In this document: in pieces, positions 12,701-26,000 of the stretch
Layout: every line of letters starts with the position of its first letter
Position numbering within the stretch: position 1 is the stretch's first letter
Assembly: GCA_965153285.1 (NCBI GenBank)
Contig: OZ229110.1
Source of the DNA: Podarcis tiliguerta
Lineage: Eukaryota
Length of the DNA stretch: 64,000 nucleotides
Reading direction: 5' to 3' (one strand)
Notes under the pieces: model-generated
What the model was told of the DNA's origin: nothing
Databases searched by the model: none
What the model saw: the letters and a program-made list of their open reading frames with translations, nothing else
Translations under genes and position numbers: made by a program

Positions 12701-15700
12701 TATTTTTTTATTTATACCCTGCCCATCTGGCTGGGCTTCCCTAGCCACTCTGGGCGGCTTCCAACAAAGATTAAAAATACATTAAAACATCAGTCATTAA
12801 AAACTTCCCTAAACAGGGCTGCCTTCAGATGTCTTCTAAACGTCAGATACAGTGGATCCTCCGGATACGAACTTAATTCGTTCTGCGGATCCGTTCGCAC
12901 CCCGAAAAATATGTAAATAGAGGCACACTTCAGCACATTCATGCAGCACGATTGAGTGTTAATGCACATGCGCCCGTGGCGAAACCCAGAAGTATATACT
13001 TCTGGGTTTGCCATGGCCGAAACCCGAAGATTCCGTATCCAGAGGGATATGTAAGTAGAGGTATGACTGTAGTTGTTTATCTCTTTGACATCTGATGGGA
13101 GGGCACTCCACAGGGTGGGCGCTACCATTGAGAAGGCCCTCTGCCTGGTTCCCTGTAACCTTACTTCTCGCAGTGTGGGAACCGCCAGAAGGCCCTCGGA
13201 CCTGGACCTCAGTGTCTGGGCAATATGTGGGATTTTTGGAAAATGCTGAAGGGGGCAGGGGGAATAGAATAATTCACTATGGAAACAATTCTGATGTCTT
13301 AGAGAGCGATCTAATTTACCACATTTTACTTGTGCTTAGTAAACACAGCTAACTTTGAAACTGCCAAGTTTGCCTAATATTTGAACCCATTCATTGTCAC
13401 TAATGAACTTATGAAATGGGAAATTTTCTGCAGAAAAATAAAACACTGGAGTAAAAAAAATCAAGGAAGTCCCATTTTAGAAAAAATTCTGCCTCGCATC
13501 CCAAGGCCTAACCATGCTATGCTTTACATGGGAGAGATGGGGGTGGATTTTCCTTACTGTGGATGTTGTTTATTGAAATACAGCAGAGAGGCTACCAAGT
13601 GCTTGGGAGTGACAGTATCGATGAGTGGGCCATTCTTCCTAATTACCTTGTCCCTGTTTGCTGCGCAGGTGGAAAATACACCTTTAGTGATTCCTCCATG
13701 GGGCAAACGGCAGCTATTTGTGTACACGTGCCATTTTGATTGAGAAGAATGGTATGACAGGACTGGGTAAAACCCCTCCCCCGCCATTGCTCCAAAGAAA
13801 TAGGCAAGTCCCTCACTCCTCAGTGGCTGTATTTTCGTTTTTTAAAAAACCCATTGCGGATAATCACAGTCATTGATCTCCCACTTAGTGTGGTTTGGCC
13901 CTCATTCACGTTCTTACTAGATATGTTGTAGAATTCAGGTCCTGCGTTTTGCATCCAATAGCCTCTGCAGCGTGTTGTGCTTCCTCGCCTCCCTCTTCAA
14001 TCCTCCCTCTGCTGGTGGCTGTTATTAGCATAACCTTATTGCTAACCAAGATTGAGAAAGCAGTTCCTTCCAGTTGAAGGGGGTATATTATCCTCTCTGT
14101 GCATGGCTGCTTACTCGTCCAAATACGACAAGATGAGCACATTCCCTGGGAGGGTGCCAATTTCCTTAGTATCCCGAAGCTCGGTGTAGTAACAGCAACG
14201 GCAATAGAGCTCGTTCCAGGAGAGGAAATTCTCAAATGGCAGGTCTGCTTCCTACCTGGCGAGCCTTTTAGCAGCAAACCGGTTGGCTCCTAATTAGATT
14301 TTCTCCTTTCTGGTGGTTTTTCATTAACCCCTTCCTTTGGGGGAATCCATGCAGGGCAGATTCGCAATTATCTGCATTTAAGAGGAAGCTGTGCAGCGGC
14401 AAAAAGAATATTAATAGTGAGAATCGTTTCTTCCCCTCCCTTTACTGGCTTGGTTATGGTTGTTGATAGATCAACAACGAAAGGATGTGCTTTCCTTTCA
14501 CAGTGACTTCAGTTTCAAGCAAGCAATCCTACCTTACGTTGTGGAGGTTTGACATTCAGAGCGGTGCTGTACCCGTCTAGGATTATCTAAGATAATCACA
14601 CAAAATATCAGGACAGCTTAATTTGGCCTTCCCCAGCCTTGGGTCTCCAGATGATCTTGGACTACAACTGCTGATATCTGTGAAAATCGGCCTTGCTGGC
14701 TGGGGTTGACGGGAGTTGTAGTCCAGCAATATTTGGGGACCCACATTTGGAGGAATGCTGATATAAACTGATTTTTGGTTGTTTGGCTATTGCTCTGGGT
14801 TTCACGTACTCTCCCCTTCTTCTGTTTCAGGATGAGTCCCACTTTCTGAAGAATGGGAAAACTGCTCGATGCCGGGCTGCGATGCCTCTTCTGAAGGTGA
14901 GCATACCAGGGTTTTCAAAACTGGGCATTTGACTTTTAGGTGCTGTGTATTCAAGATGCCTGGTATACAGGCAAGAGCCAAAATAATTTTGCTAGGCTGA
15001 TACCAGTGCTGTAGTGACAAGTTGGGAGCCATACGAAATCCCAATATGAGGGACATAATTAAATTCTGTGCTTTTTCACCTACCTATGATGCAGATTGGG
15101 CAATTTTGGTTTATCAGTTAAACTCTACAGCAGAATGCAGGAAATAAGTTCAGAAATCCTAAGTGTAATACAAGATTGAGTATTTAAATACAGAACAAAT
15201 GCATAATCATTCCAAAGTATCTGAGATTTTGAGTATTTTAGGATTATATAAATGAATTCCAGGTCACAGAGTAGGCTTCAAAGTAATATTTCCAAGTGAA
15301 GCTGCCCTGAGAAATAACGATCTGTCTTTTATTTGCTATAAATTTTGATATGTCAGTAACCACCAATTAAATTGATTTATCCCAAAGCTGATAGAGTCTT
15401 CCATAAGTATTTCACACAGACATCATAAATCTGTTTTTCTGGTATGCAACCTGAAAATCCTTAAAGTGGCTTGGATGAAGGATATAGAATCAATAATGGA
15501 TTAATAAGGAGCCTTTAAGTTTCATATTTATTCTGAAATTCTGTTGAAGAACAGGTCTGAATATAATACTTTTGAGAAAAAATAGGCATAATTATAATAT
15601 TAAAAGCTTAATCTTTGATATCACTTAGGCACTGATTGCTTCTGAAGATAAAGTAGCATTTCTTAATATCCATTTTTTTGCTTCCTTATAAAAATTTCTG

Positions 15701-18700
15701 AGGAAATCGCTTTAAGGCAGTGATGTATGGAATCTTCAAGTAGGCCCATGTATAAAACATGGAGCTGAAGTTTGAAACTCCATGAGTTTTCAGAAGTAAT
15801 TATTCATAGTAATGTACCTTGCGTCTCTACTGAGGAACCCTAACTTCTGCACAAAACGCTGTTGTTGCTCTGCAACCAGGTGTTGAGGGTTGTGTAGGGG
15901 CACTTTTTGAACCTATAAAAATGGATCAAGAAGTTTAATTTGCAAGATATTTAGATTAGCATGATTTTCCAACTGAACCCTTAACATCAGGTGTGCATTG
16001 GAACTGGCAGAATCTGGCACTGTCCTTTTTTATTATTATTTTAAAAAATGGAAATATGAATGCTGTTGGAAATATGAATCAGAATGAGCATGAATATGAA
16101 ATATGGAAATATAAATCAGTTTGCTTTTGAGGAATGAATACAGTTGTAAAAAGTATTCTAGTTCTTAATGTCTTCCAGAATTCTTTCTTTCTCTGCTTAA
16201 GAGTTTTTGAAAGCTCTGTTTTCCTAAAGGGTGGGTGTAGGAGCTCTGCTACTATCTATATGTCAAAACACTGCCATTTTCAAATTGTTCCCTTTTGGGT
16301 GTAATTTGAATGTCCCAGGTGTGATGGATATACTTTGGGTTGTTTGCATCCGTGATATCTAGTTAGATCCTAACCTTATTCCAAAGTTGCAGCGGGCATG
16401 AGTTATAATACTGTTTTATGGCAGAAATGAAATTTCCCCAAACGTGCAGATGCTGTCTCCCTTCCAGTCCCATTTCATTCTCTCCCAAGAAGCAAACTTC
16501 TGCATTGAAATTACCATCAGATATTTCCATTTCGTGTCAGGCAGGGCAACACACACTTTAAATGTTAAACAGCTGACAAGGGCAGAATAAGAAGGAATCG
16601 GGAGGATGGTCACAATTGTATATCCAGCACAATGAGCATTGAAATAGTCGCCATAATGCAAAGCATGCCAGGCAGCGTGCTGTAGGCCACATGCTGTGAA
16701 CATCATTAAAAATCCAGTAAATCACTGTAGGAGAATAAGACACTTTTGCATATTGAATCATTTTTATTTTCTGGCATTTCCCCATCCTTCCTCCTGCTCT
16801 TTGAAGCCTTTTGATACCCAGTGCAGGGATCTGGCTATTGTATCATTGGCTCTGCATTTGAATATGCCTATGATTCTTGAATTTCTCTTTGGGGAAATGT
16901 CTTCTTGGTGTCACCTTTTATCATACAGAGAACATTCTCATTACAGGAATTGTGCTGCTGATGCTCATGGCACCCCATAGCAGTTGGCCGGGTGGGACTG
17001 TACCGCTTACCTGGCTTCCAGATGTCAGGAACATGGCCAGTCACTGGGAGGGAGGGAGGGAGGGGGTGAGGTGGTGGGAGGCTGCCTTGGGGTGGGCAGA
17101 GCCAATCCAAAACTCTGGCTGGTGTGTACACATTGCACCAGCCTTGTGTAAACCCTACTCAAATCCAGAGTGGAGTCCCTAAGATGGTTGGATCGTACAA
17201 TGTACGCCTCCTTCCGGCGACTCCTGCAGCCAAGTTGATTGCTCTGATTTCCTTTGAACCACATCAGTGAGGCCAAGAGGGGAGTCCAGCTGAGGATCCA
17301 TAGACACTACCCAGGCTTGCACCCAGGGGAGGTCACGCAGTGGTTTTACTTCACCCCAGGGGCACACTTCATTGTCTCTTGAGAAAGATGGCTATCAACC
17401 ACCACCACCACCACCACCACTTATGAGTGTCATCTAACAAAGCAAAATGGGAATGATTGTGTTACTTCTAATTACAATACAGTGGTACCTCAGGTTACAA
17501 ACGCTTCAGGTTACAGACTCCGCTAACCCAGAAATATTACCTCGGGTTAAGAACTTTGCTCCAGGATGAGAACAGAAATTGTGTTCCGGCGGCGCGGCAG
17601 CAGCGAGAGGCCCCACTACCTAACTGGAGCTTCGGGTTAAGAACAGTTTCAGGTTAAGAACAGACGTCCGGAACGAATTAAGTACTTAACCCGAGGTACC
17701 ACTGTACAGATGAGAACAAGAAATCACGAATTCGTTAATTCGTTCCGGAGGTCCATTCTTACCCTGAAACGGTTCTTAACCTGAGGTACCACTTTAGCTA
17801 ATGGGCCTCCTGCTGCTGCTGCACTGCCACCACACAATATCTGTTCTCATCTTGAAGCAGAGTTCTTAACCCGAGATACTATTTCTGGGTTAGTGGAGTC
17901 TGTAACCTGAAGTGTCTGTAACCTGAAGCATCTGTAACCCGAGGTACCACTGTACATGTTGGCATTTATACCGTGTTTTCTTTGAGAGCTCCAAGTATGT
18001 TCTCTTCAGTGGGCTTCACAACAACTCTTTCAGAAAACCCATTATTGTTATCTCTACATTGCAGATATGGGAGCTGAGGCCGAGAGCGACATGCCTAAGA
18101 CCACCTAGTTAGTTGCCAGCAGAGGCAAGAGTCGAACAGGGGACTTCTTGGGTCAGGCCAAGACATTTTGCTCCTTGAGGCGGAACAGCATATTTAACAC
18201 CCATCACCACTATCACCAAATCAAGGTGTATGGTACCAAAGGCCAGCCAAGTTATTTTGGCCCCTGGAAGCCTCATAAGCACCTCTCCCTGGCAGGAAAA
18301 AACACACAATCATAACACACTGTTGCTCTTTCATGTCACTCAAAATCTGCCGTCTGAGGAAGCCATGTCAGTCTACCTAGCGGTGGGGTCTGCTAACCCA
18401 CTGTGCTGTGTTAGCTCTGTTAGTTAGGGCCATGTTTACCTTTTTGGATGTCCTCGAATCTCTATGTGTGATAGCAGCCACGTAATTAACCTTTTGCAAC
18501 ATTTATATCCCCAGGCTGCCAAACGAGTCATCTTGTTGTCCGGAACCCCTGCCATGTCCCGCCCTGCAGAGCTTTATACGCAGATTGCAGCTGTCAGACC
18601 ATCCTTCTTCTCTCAGTTCCATGCCTTCGGGCTCCGCTACTGTGATGCTAAGCAGGTAACGTGAGTCTCTATCCCTGGCAAAGCAGAAGCCAGGAAATTA

Positions 18701-19958
18701 TTATTTGGGAATAATAATAACCTTCCATTCCGTGAAGCGTTTTGTGCACTGCCATTCCCTTTGCAATCTCTCAGTGAAGTCTTGCTGTGAAAGGGCAGAT
18801 TTCCGTAGTGACAATTGGCCATAGCTCCATGGTTACTGTAAGATTTTCTGCTAATTCTCAAGCATCTCCAGTTAAAAGGCTCCTAGCCAAGTGTTAGAGC
18901 TGGGATCGACTTTTACCTGAGGCCTTGGATAGCTTCTGCCAAGTCTAGTTGTTCACCAACTAGATTGTTCACCAACTAAGAAAGCCTGACTGAACTTGAC
19001 CTCTGTGATTACCAATTAACTCATTAAATTGATCAGTGTCCAATGTTGTCATCAATCATATTGATAACTGGCCCCATATTTTGAGGTGTAATATTGACAA
19101 GGAAAAAAATATGGAATTGGACATTACTATGAATCCATTAGTTCTATATTCCTAAATAGAAAAAGGATTCAGTCTCCAATATGCTTTTTGATTAATGAGT
19201 TTTAAGCTACCAAAAATATGAGCGTGATTAAATACTATTCTTTTTTTCTTTATATTTACCACTAAATCAGATGTTCCAATGTGGTATGAAACAGAAGGTA
19301 TAATTCTTCTAATTATGATTATGATGTTTGCAAATATCAACAAGCTGTAACATCTCAGGGGATAATGCTTGCTTTTGCAGTGCATTCGTGATTGTATCAT
19401 GTCTGCTTCTTTGCCTGCATTTATATCTTCATTAAAATTCCCTCCAGTTGCTATTTCACTTTCCCCTAAACAGAGTAGATCTTCAATTAGTTGATAAGAA
19501 ACACTCATCTGACGACTGAGTGCTACATAAATATTCACTGATATTAAACTCATCTGTCCAAGCTTCCTTTTATCATAATATATTGACCTTCTTTGTCTTT
19601 CCTGCTCTGAATAACTTCACACAAACACACTCCTTTCACTTTTGTACACGCGCCACGCCCCGTCCTAATAGGTAATATCCATTTTGCTCAAATATAGACC
19701 CATTGAAATAAATGGGCAATGTTAAGTTATTTCTAATGTTTCTCCTTGATGTGCATTTCCTGCACATACATAATATCACCTTGCCATTTTTTTCAGAAAT
19801 TGTGGTACTTTTCTTGTTTTTAACGGGAGGCAAAAGGTTAACGGGCAAATACATACATACATACATACATACATACTTGATTATTGTTCTGGCCAAAGGC
19901 CATGACAAACCCCAGTTCTTTCAGACTTAGTATTTTACTTTCGGCCTTAATTTTCTTT

Positions 19959-20009
<51 letters not shown>

Positions 20010-23000
20010 CTTTACATTTATAACGCTCTCTTATAATGGAAAGACGTTGATTCTCTCTTCTTTATGGCATTCCTAATGTCTGAGCTATATGTGGTTATCA
20101 CTATTCCTTCTTTACTGTTTTTTTCTTCTAACTTTTTCTTCATTCCTTTCTGTTGTGAATTCCCCTGTTTTAGGCCATCCTTCAAGGATTCTGTGGGCCC
20201 TCAACCCTTCTTGCACCACCAACTCTTCCCACAAACACCCTCCCCCTGCTGTTTCCCCCATTACCAGGCTTTCTCCAGCCCAGCTGATAGTGGTGCAGGA
20301 TGGGAAGAGGAACTGGTGGGCAAGAGAAGGGTTAAAGTTCTTTTCCTACCTGCTCCCCTCCCCCTTTGCCAATGTTCCTTTCCCTGTTGTCTTTGTGATG
20401 TGTAATTCTTCCCCGAGTTGCTCAAAAATATGATTAAACATTGCTCTGGGATCCATAAGGATAGAAATTGCCATAATAAAAGTAGGATATAGTCTTAATA
20501 TAAATTGTATTGTCTGGGTTAAACAACAACAAGAAAATCTCAAACCTGAACACCTCAGTTTAAAAAAACAAGACCCCGAAAAATACTCCATTTTAAACGG
20601 AATTGATTTAGCTTCACGGCAGAAGACCACAAATCTCTGGCAGATGCAATAAGCAAAGATGGAATTAGTTTATTGGTTTACGATCCACAACTCCTTGGCA
20701 CTTCTTGCTCATAAAAAAGTGCAACAAATGAAACGTCACCTGTTTTTATTTATGAGCCAAATTTTATAGTTGCCATCGAGCCATTTTTCAAAGCAGGTGA
20801 TGTGAATAGTGAGCATTAAAAGACAGAAAAGTGCACGTAGGTTGTCACAGATGCTCAGCCAGGAAAAGTTCAAGAGCTTTGCTGAAACATGTGACCAAGT
20901 AATTTCTTCCACTGAGAATGGCCTGGGTCAAAAAAGCAGCTTCTTAACTTTGCTGTTTGATATCCTAGGAATCCAGGGCATGCATGTTTTTAGCGGATGT
21001 AGTTTTACAAGGCTGTTGAACGTTGTCAATATGATGATTATGCTTTGAGGCTCTCTTTAATTGCCAACAGGGTTCTGAATAAGCGGAAGGAGTGCAGATA
21101 ATGAATGTGCTGCTAGCTGCAGAGTTTTATTTTCGGAAGATCTCCACTTTCATTTAACTACCACGCTCTTGTGGGATTCAAATATATATTTGAAAGTGCA
21201 TGGGCCATGCCTGCTGAAACCTCAAAAGCCAGAAAGGGGAGTGGACTAGTGGCTGGGGAAGGGCTTCAGTGCCCCGCCAAGCAGAGACTCATCTGTTCTT
21301 GATTGCCAAGTTGATCATCCCTCAGTTGCTATGCCGAGAAGACTGTAAACACACTTTAGAGTTCCGTTGCAACACTAGAAAGAAAGGGGGTTGATACAAT
21401 TTTCATGATTCAGAGCTCCTTAGAAAAATAATTTATAAAATGCTCATGGATCATGGATTGGATGCACCTTAGTAGTCTTCACTGAAAAGTGGTGCAAAAC
21501 ACTTGTGCTGATTGCTCTTATTCAGGCTTCCTCAACCTTGGTCCTCCTGATGTTTTGAGACTACAATTCCCATCATCCCTGACCACTGGTCCTGCTAGCT
21601 AGGGTTCATGGGAATTGTAGGCCTGAGGGCTGAGGAAGCCTGCTCTTATTTATTACCGGCATACCCAAAAAACAGACTTCAGATGTGTGCTCCTAAATGT
21701 CTTGCACTGACATGCCCATGATTTGCCTTACTCCTCCAATCAGACATCCTCTGGCAATATCTTCAACCCAGATACCTTCCTCTGCTCTGCTTCTGCTGAA
21801 ACCTACGTTGTTGGTTTCAGCCATAGTAGATAATTGAGACTAACGTAATAAAATAAATAAACATTTTAAAAAGGCATTTCAGTGGATGGGGAACATTAAA
21901 AAAATGCAGAAAACAACGTAATCATTTACATAACTTTTGTGGACTAAGACAACCAAAAATAGTGAACACTTCTCATTCGCTTGTGTGATTTCTGCTCCTG
22001 ACCTCAGATGAACATACAAATTACAGCACAGTTACAGCTGGAAAGGATGACACGGATTAAAATCGTTGGGGAATTCTCTTTGCATATTGGTTGTTGCACT
22101 AAAGCTCAGCCTAGAACTCCATTTGGTTTTTGGATCACTAGAAAACTTTTCCAAATGTTTTTTAGCACTTGTGTAAGCTCAAACCTCCCTATTAGTATTA
22201 TTTTAAAAATTCAAGTTCTGTTCTGTATCAGAATCCCAGTGCATAGATGCGCAGTATACTCACAGCTCTTGCATGAGTGATGATGCTACTGATGATGTTT
22301 TAAAGGTTTTGCTTCCTCTTGTGTGTCTATTCCACTCAGCGGCCTTGGGGGTGGGATTATTCTGGTTCATCCAACCTTGGTGAACTGAAGCTTCTGCTGG
22401 AAGAATCCGTCATGATCCGTCGCCTGAAGTCTGACGTGCTCTCTCAGCTCCCTGCAAAGCAGCGCAGAATGGTGGTGGTAGCTCCAGAAGGCATTAACGC
22501 AAGGACAAAGGCTGAGCTGGCAGTGGCTGCAAAAGAAATGGCCAAGGGCTATAAGAGTGTGAGTCTGAAATATTGTTGGGCGAGAACATGGCTGCATTCC
22601 ATCACAATGACGAACGGTTGCTTGAAAATCTAAATATACAGTGTGCTGTTTACATCTGAACCCTGTGCCAGTTTACAAACCTGGGTTTCCAAAGGGTTGC
22701 AAAGTCATAATATCAAACCACAGTTTGTGCTCTGGTTTGCCATTCTACAAACTCTTGACAAAGCACAGTTATGGTTGTTGCTGTGCTCTGTCTCTAGAGG
22801 TTGCTGAACCATGGAGATGGGAGAGAGCAACAAATTTCTGAAGCTGCATGCTGAAGAGAGGAAACAAAAACAGACAATTGGCTGTAAACTGGCTGTACAT
22901 TTGAAAGCTCAAACCATGTTACTGGTTCTTAACTGTGGTTAGTACAAACCATGGCATGCTGTGATGTCTGAACTGAGTCTCTGTCTGCATAGTTTGAGAT

Positions 23001-26000
23001 ACGATAGACAGGAGAAGGGTAGCTCTGTCTCCACTGCTAAGCTCTTGGTCCAGGCAGTTGGCAGGGAGCAACTTTGTAACCTGTGTTGTTGACTCTGCAT
23101 GTCCTCAGGAGAGAGGGAAAAGTGCCAACCTAGTGTTTGCAGGGGTAACTTCCATCAAGACTTAGCAGGGACAGATGGCAGCTACCTCATGATAAAACCT
23201 GCATATCCCTCAGTAAAGTTCTTCAGCAATGGCAACAAAAGTCAGAAGCCTGTAGGTTAGGTCCATTGCAGGTTAGGTCCATTTCACACATTATTGAAAG
23301 GGGAATCTGTCTTTGTCATTATGTGCATGCTTATCAGAGAGCTGGACATCCTCATAACTCTGATGACAGTACCTGTATGAAATACATATGTTGTATTCAC
23401 ACAGGACATTTTAAGAGTTGCACTTCGTGGCCCAAGTCTGCCTTGTACATTAGGCCTGTGCTAGATTTAGGATAAAAAGTTTAATGAAATAACAACACAT
23501 TGAACTAGAGGGGGAATTCTCCTTCCTACTTCTGCTAGAGCCGATTAAAGGTCCTTGCACCTCTTTTGGTTTCCATAGGGTGTTTATTTCTTACTTCACC
23601 TTTAATAATTGCACCTTTAATAATTCCACAGCAGAACAAATTATCCAGGTTTGGCAAAGCAAACAAAACATATGCGGGGGCAATGGAGGTTTATACTTGT
23701 ATAAATATATTTTTAAAATTCAAGCATGTCATCTTTTAGAATTGTGGCTGCAGAAATCTGCCACATGTGAGTCCCACTAGTCATTGAGCTGCTAGCTACA
23801 ACCTTCTGGACCTAACTGACGGCTTTTTCAAATATCTGTTTGCAGAAACAAGAACAGAAGGAAGCTCTCTTTCTCTTCTACAACAGGACTGCTGAAGCCA
23901 AAATTCACTGTATCATGTAAGTTGCTGTTTCACAGTATCACACAAACCTACCTGACTAGGTGATTCTTGCTACAGTGGAAAGGAAACTGCAAGACAAGAC
24001 CGGCCACGAAATCAAGCTTGGGAAAAATGTTAATTAAAACATTTAAGCATTGTAGCAGTGGTCTTGGTATTGAACCAGCCTGGCAAATATTTTACATAAA
24101 TGTTATCGTTAAAGTTACCCATTGTGCAGAAGGCTGAGATAAGATTTTCTGGTTCTGCTAAAAATAAGCAAAATGAGTCCTAATTGCTTTCATTTCAAAT
24201 GTATTAAGCCTATTTTGTACAAGGTGACGTGCGGATAGATCTTCAGTAGAAAACAACTGATCATATTTTGACGCAGAGATTTTGACATAATATATTTGTT
24301 GCAGTTGGGAAAAGTCCTGAGCTTTATAGTCTTCAAAAATGGTCCGTAGTTTCAACTACATGTGAGAAACAGGTCCTTGGAACTGGGACTTGGCTGAATT
24401 GCCAGTTCTCTGAATAAAATAAAAGTTGAGGACCACTGATCTAGGACCATACACTGATTGCTTCTGGAACAACAATCATATGTGTATCTTCTGAGCCTTC
24501 TACCCCCCCACTTCTCGTTCACTGTAGAGAATATATCTTTGATTTATTGGAAAGTGGAAGAGAAAAGTTTCTGGTATTCGCTCATCACAAACTCATTCTG
24601 GACACAATCAGTGAGAAACTGGAGAAAAAGGTAAATTGATCTACATTTATTACTACTCCTTTTCCAGGACTTGGAGATCCTGGTAAACTCTTGTATCATT
24701 GGCACAATACAAAGCTGCCTGGAACCTATTCACAATGGTGTATAAAAACCCATTGCGTACATTTTCTTACTGCCATCTTGTCTAGTGTTTTCCAGAATTC
24801 ACAAAATACAAACCTGGCCACTGGGATTAATAACCTTGAAGTAAACCAGTCAACATCAGGAGGGATTAAATGTGTTAAAGATAATCTTCCGGCTGTCAGT
24901 TCTCATATTTCAAATCAATAGCATGTCATGAACTAAAGCTTTAAAAAAACCCCGACTTGTTAAAATGAAGCAGGCATAAAAAGTTGACCTGTATAAAGTT
25001 TAAACAGTATGAAGAGTATAAATAATTACATGTAAAACTGACTAACTAGCATTCCTCCCTGCCAACTGATTAGCCATCTGGCATAATTTCTGTAGCAAAA
25101 TTCCCTCCCCTGACTTGGAGCTTTGTTTCTGACATGCCAGTGAGCTTCAGAGAAGTCCCACTGGCTCTGGGGGCTTCCAAGTCTCAGAGCTAGGCCAGAG
25201 AGCAGCTCCTACCTGCTCCATAAGTTGTGCTGAGGAGACGCTAATCAAATTGAAAGGTGTGGTCATCACTGGCGACCTGGCAGTGACATTTGTGGCACCC
25301 CTGTCCCTCATAAATACCACAGCTCACAGGCCTTCCCTGTACTGCATGTTCTAGCCTTCGTTGGAAGGGAAAGCATTTGGTTCGAGAAAGATAATAACCT
25401 TCCTCATCCGTGGCATCTGTATTTAGCCAAGATTTAATGCAGCTCTCCCAGATTCAAGTTCACCTCGATGTCCCTGGTATCAATGGCCTTCATATGTCAG
25501 GGCTGCCTTAAATATGTGCTAAGGCAATTTAAAATAGGTTTTCCTAGATAATGTTCTCGCTCTTCAAAGGTATCAGAAATTGTTTATTATAGTACTGGGC
25601 TGAGTGTCAGGATGAGAACCTTGTTACCTGTTCCAAGCAGTGGGGAGAAGGGTCAGAGAGAATGAAGGGCCAGATGGCATGAGGGAGCGTTTGGGAGTAA
25701 ATTAGCTAACCAGCCAACAACTCCTGTTTATTGGGATTGGCTGCCAGGTATAAGATAACTGATGGCCAGCAAGCCTGGACAAATACCTAGCAACTCTAAC
25801 CTGCTTGGAGCAAAGGCAGGTCAAAAATATAACAAATGTAAGTTAAATCATCTACTTCGCAGCTTGACTAGTGAAGGAGTGGATCCCAGTGCTCCGTTTG
25901 GCATGGCTCCAGTTTTCAACCAAGTGAGGAGAGAGGAGCAAGCCCTGATGATAAGTGACCCCTTGTTTCCTCACCTTCCCTTTCAGCATATTGGGTACAT

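Noticed and set aside
18949-18978. Short tandem duplications (also near 38984 and 61502)
   Set aside because: Two-copy 15-18 nt slippage duplications without spacers; ordinary, and not CRISPR-like.
25762-25986. N-terminal extension of the 160-aa ORF upstream of the SMARCAL1 motif V exon
   Set aside because: Intronic read-through with no SMARCAL1 similarity; a good acceptor ends at 25986.
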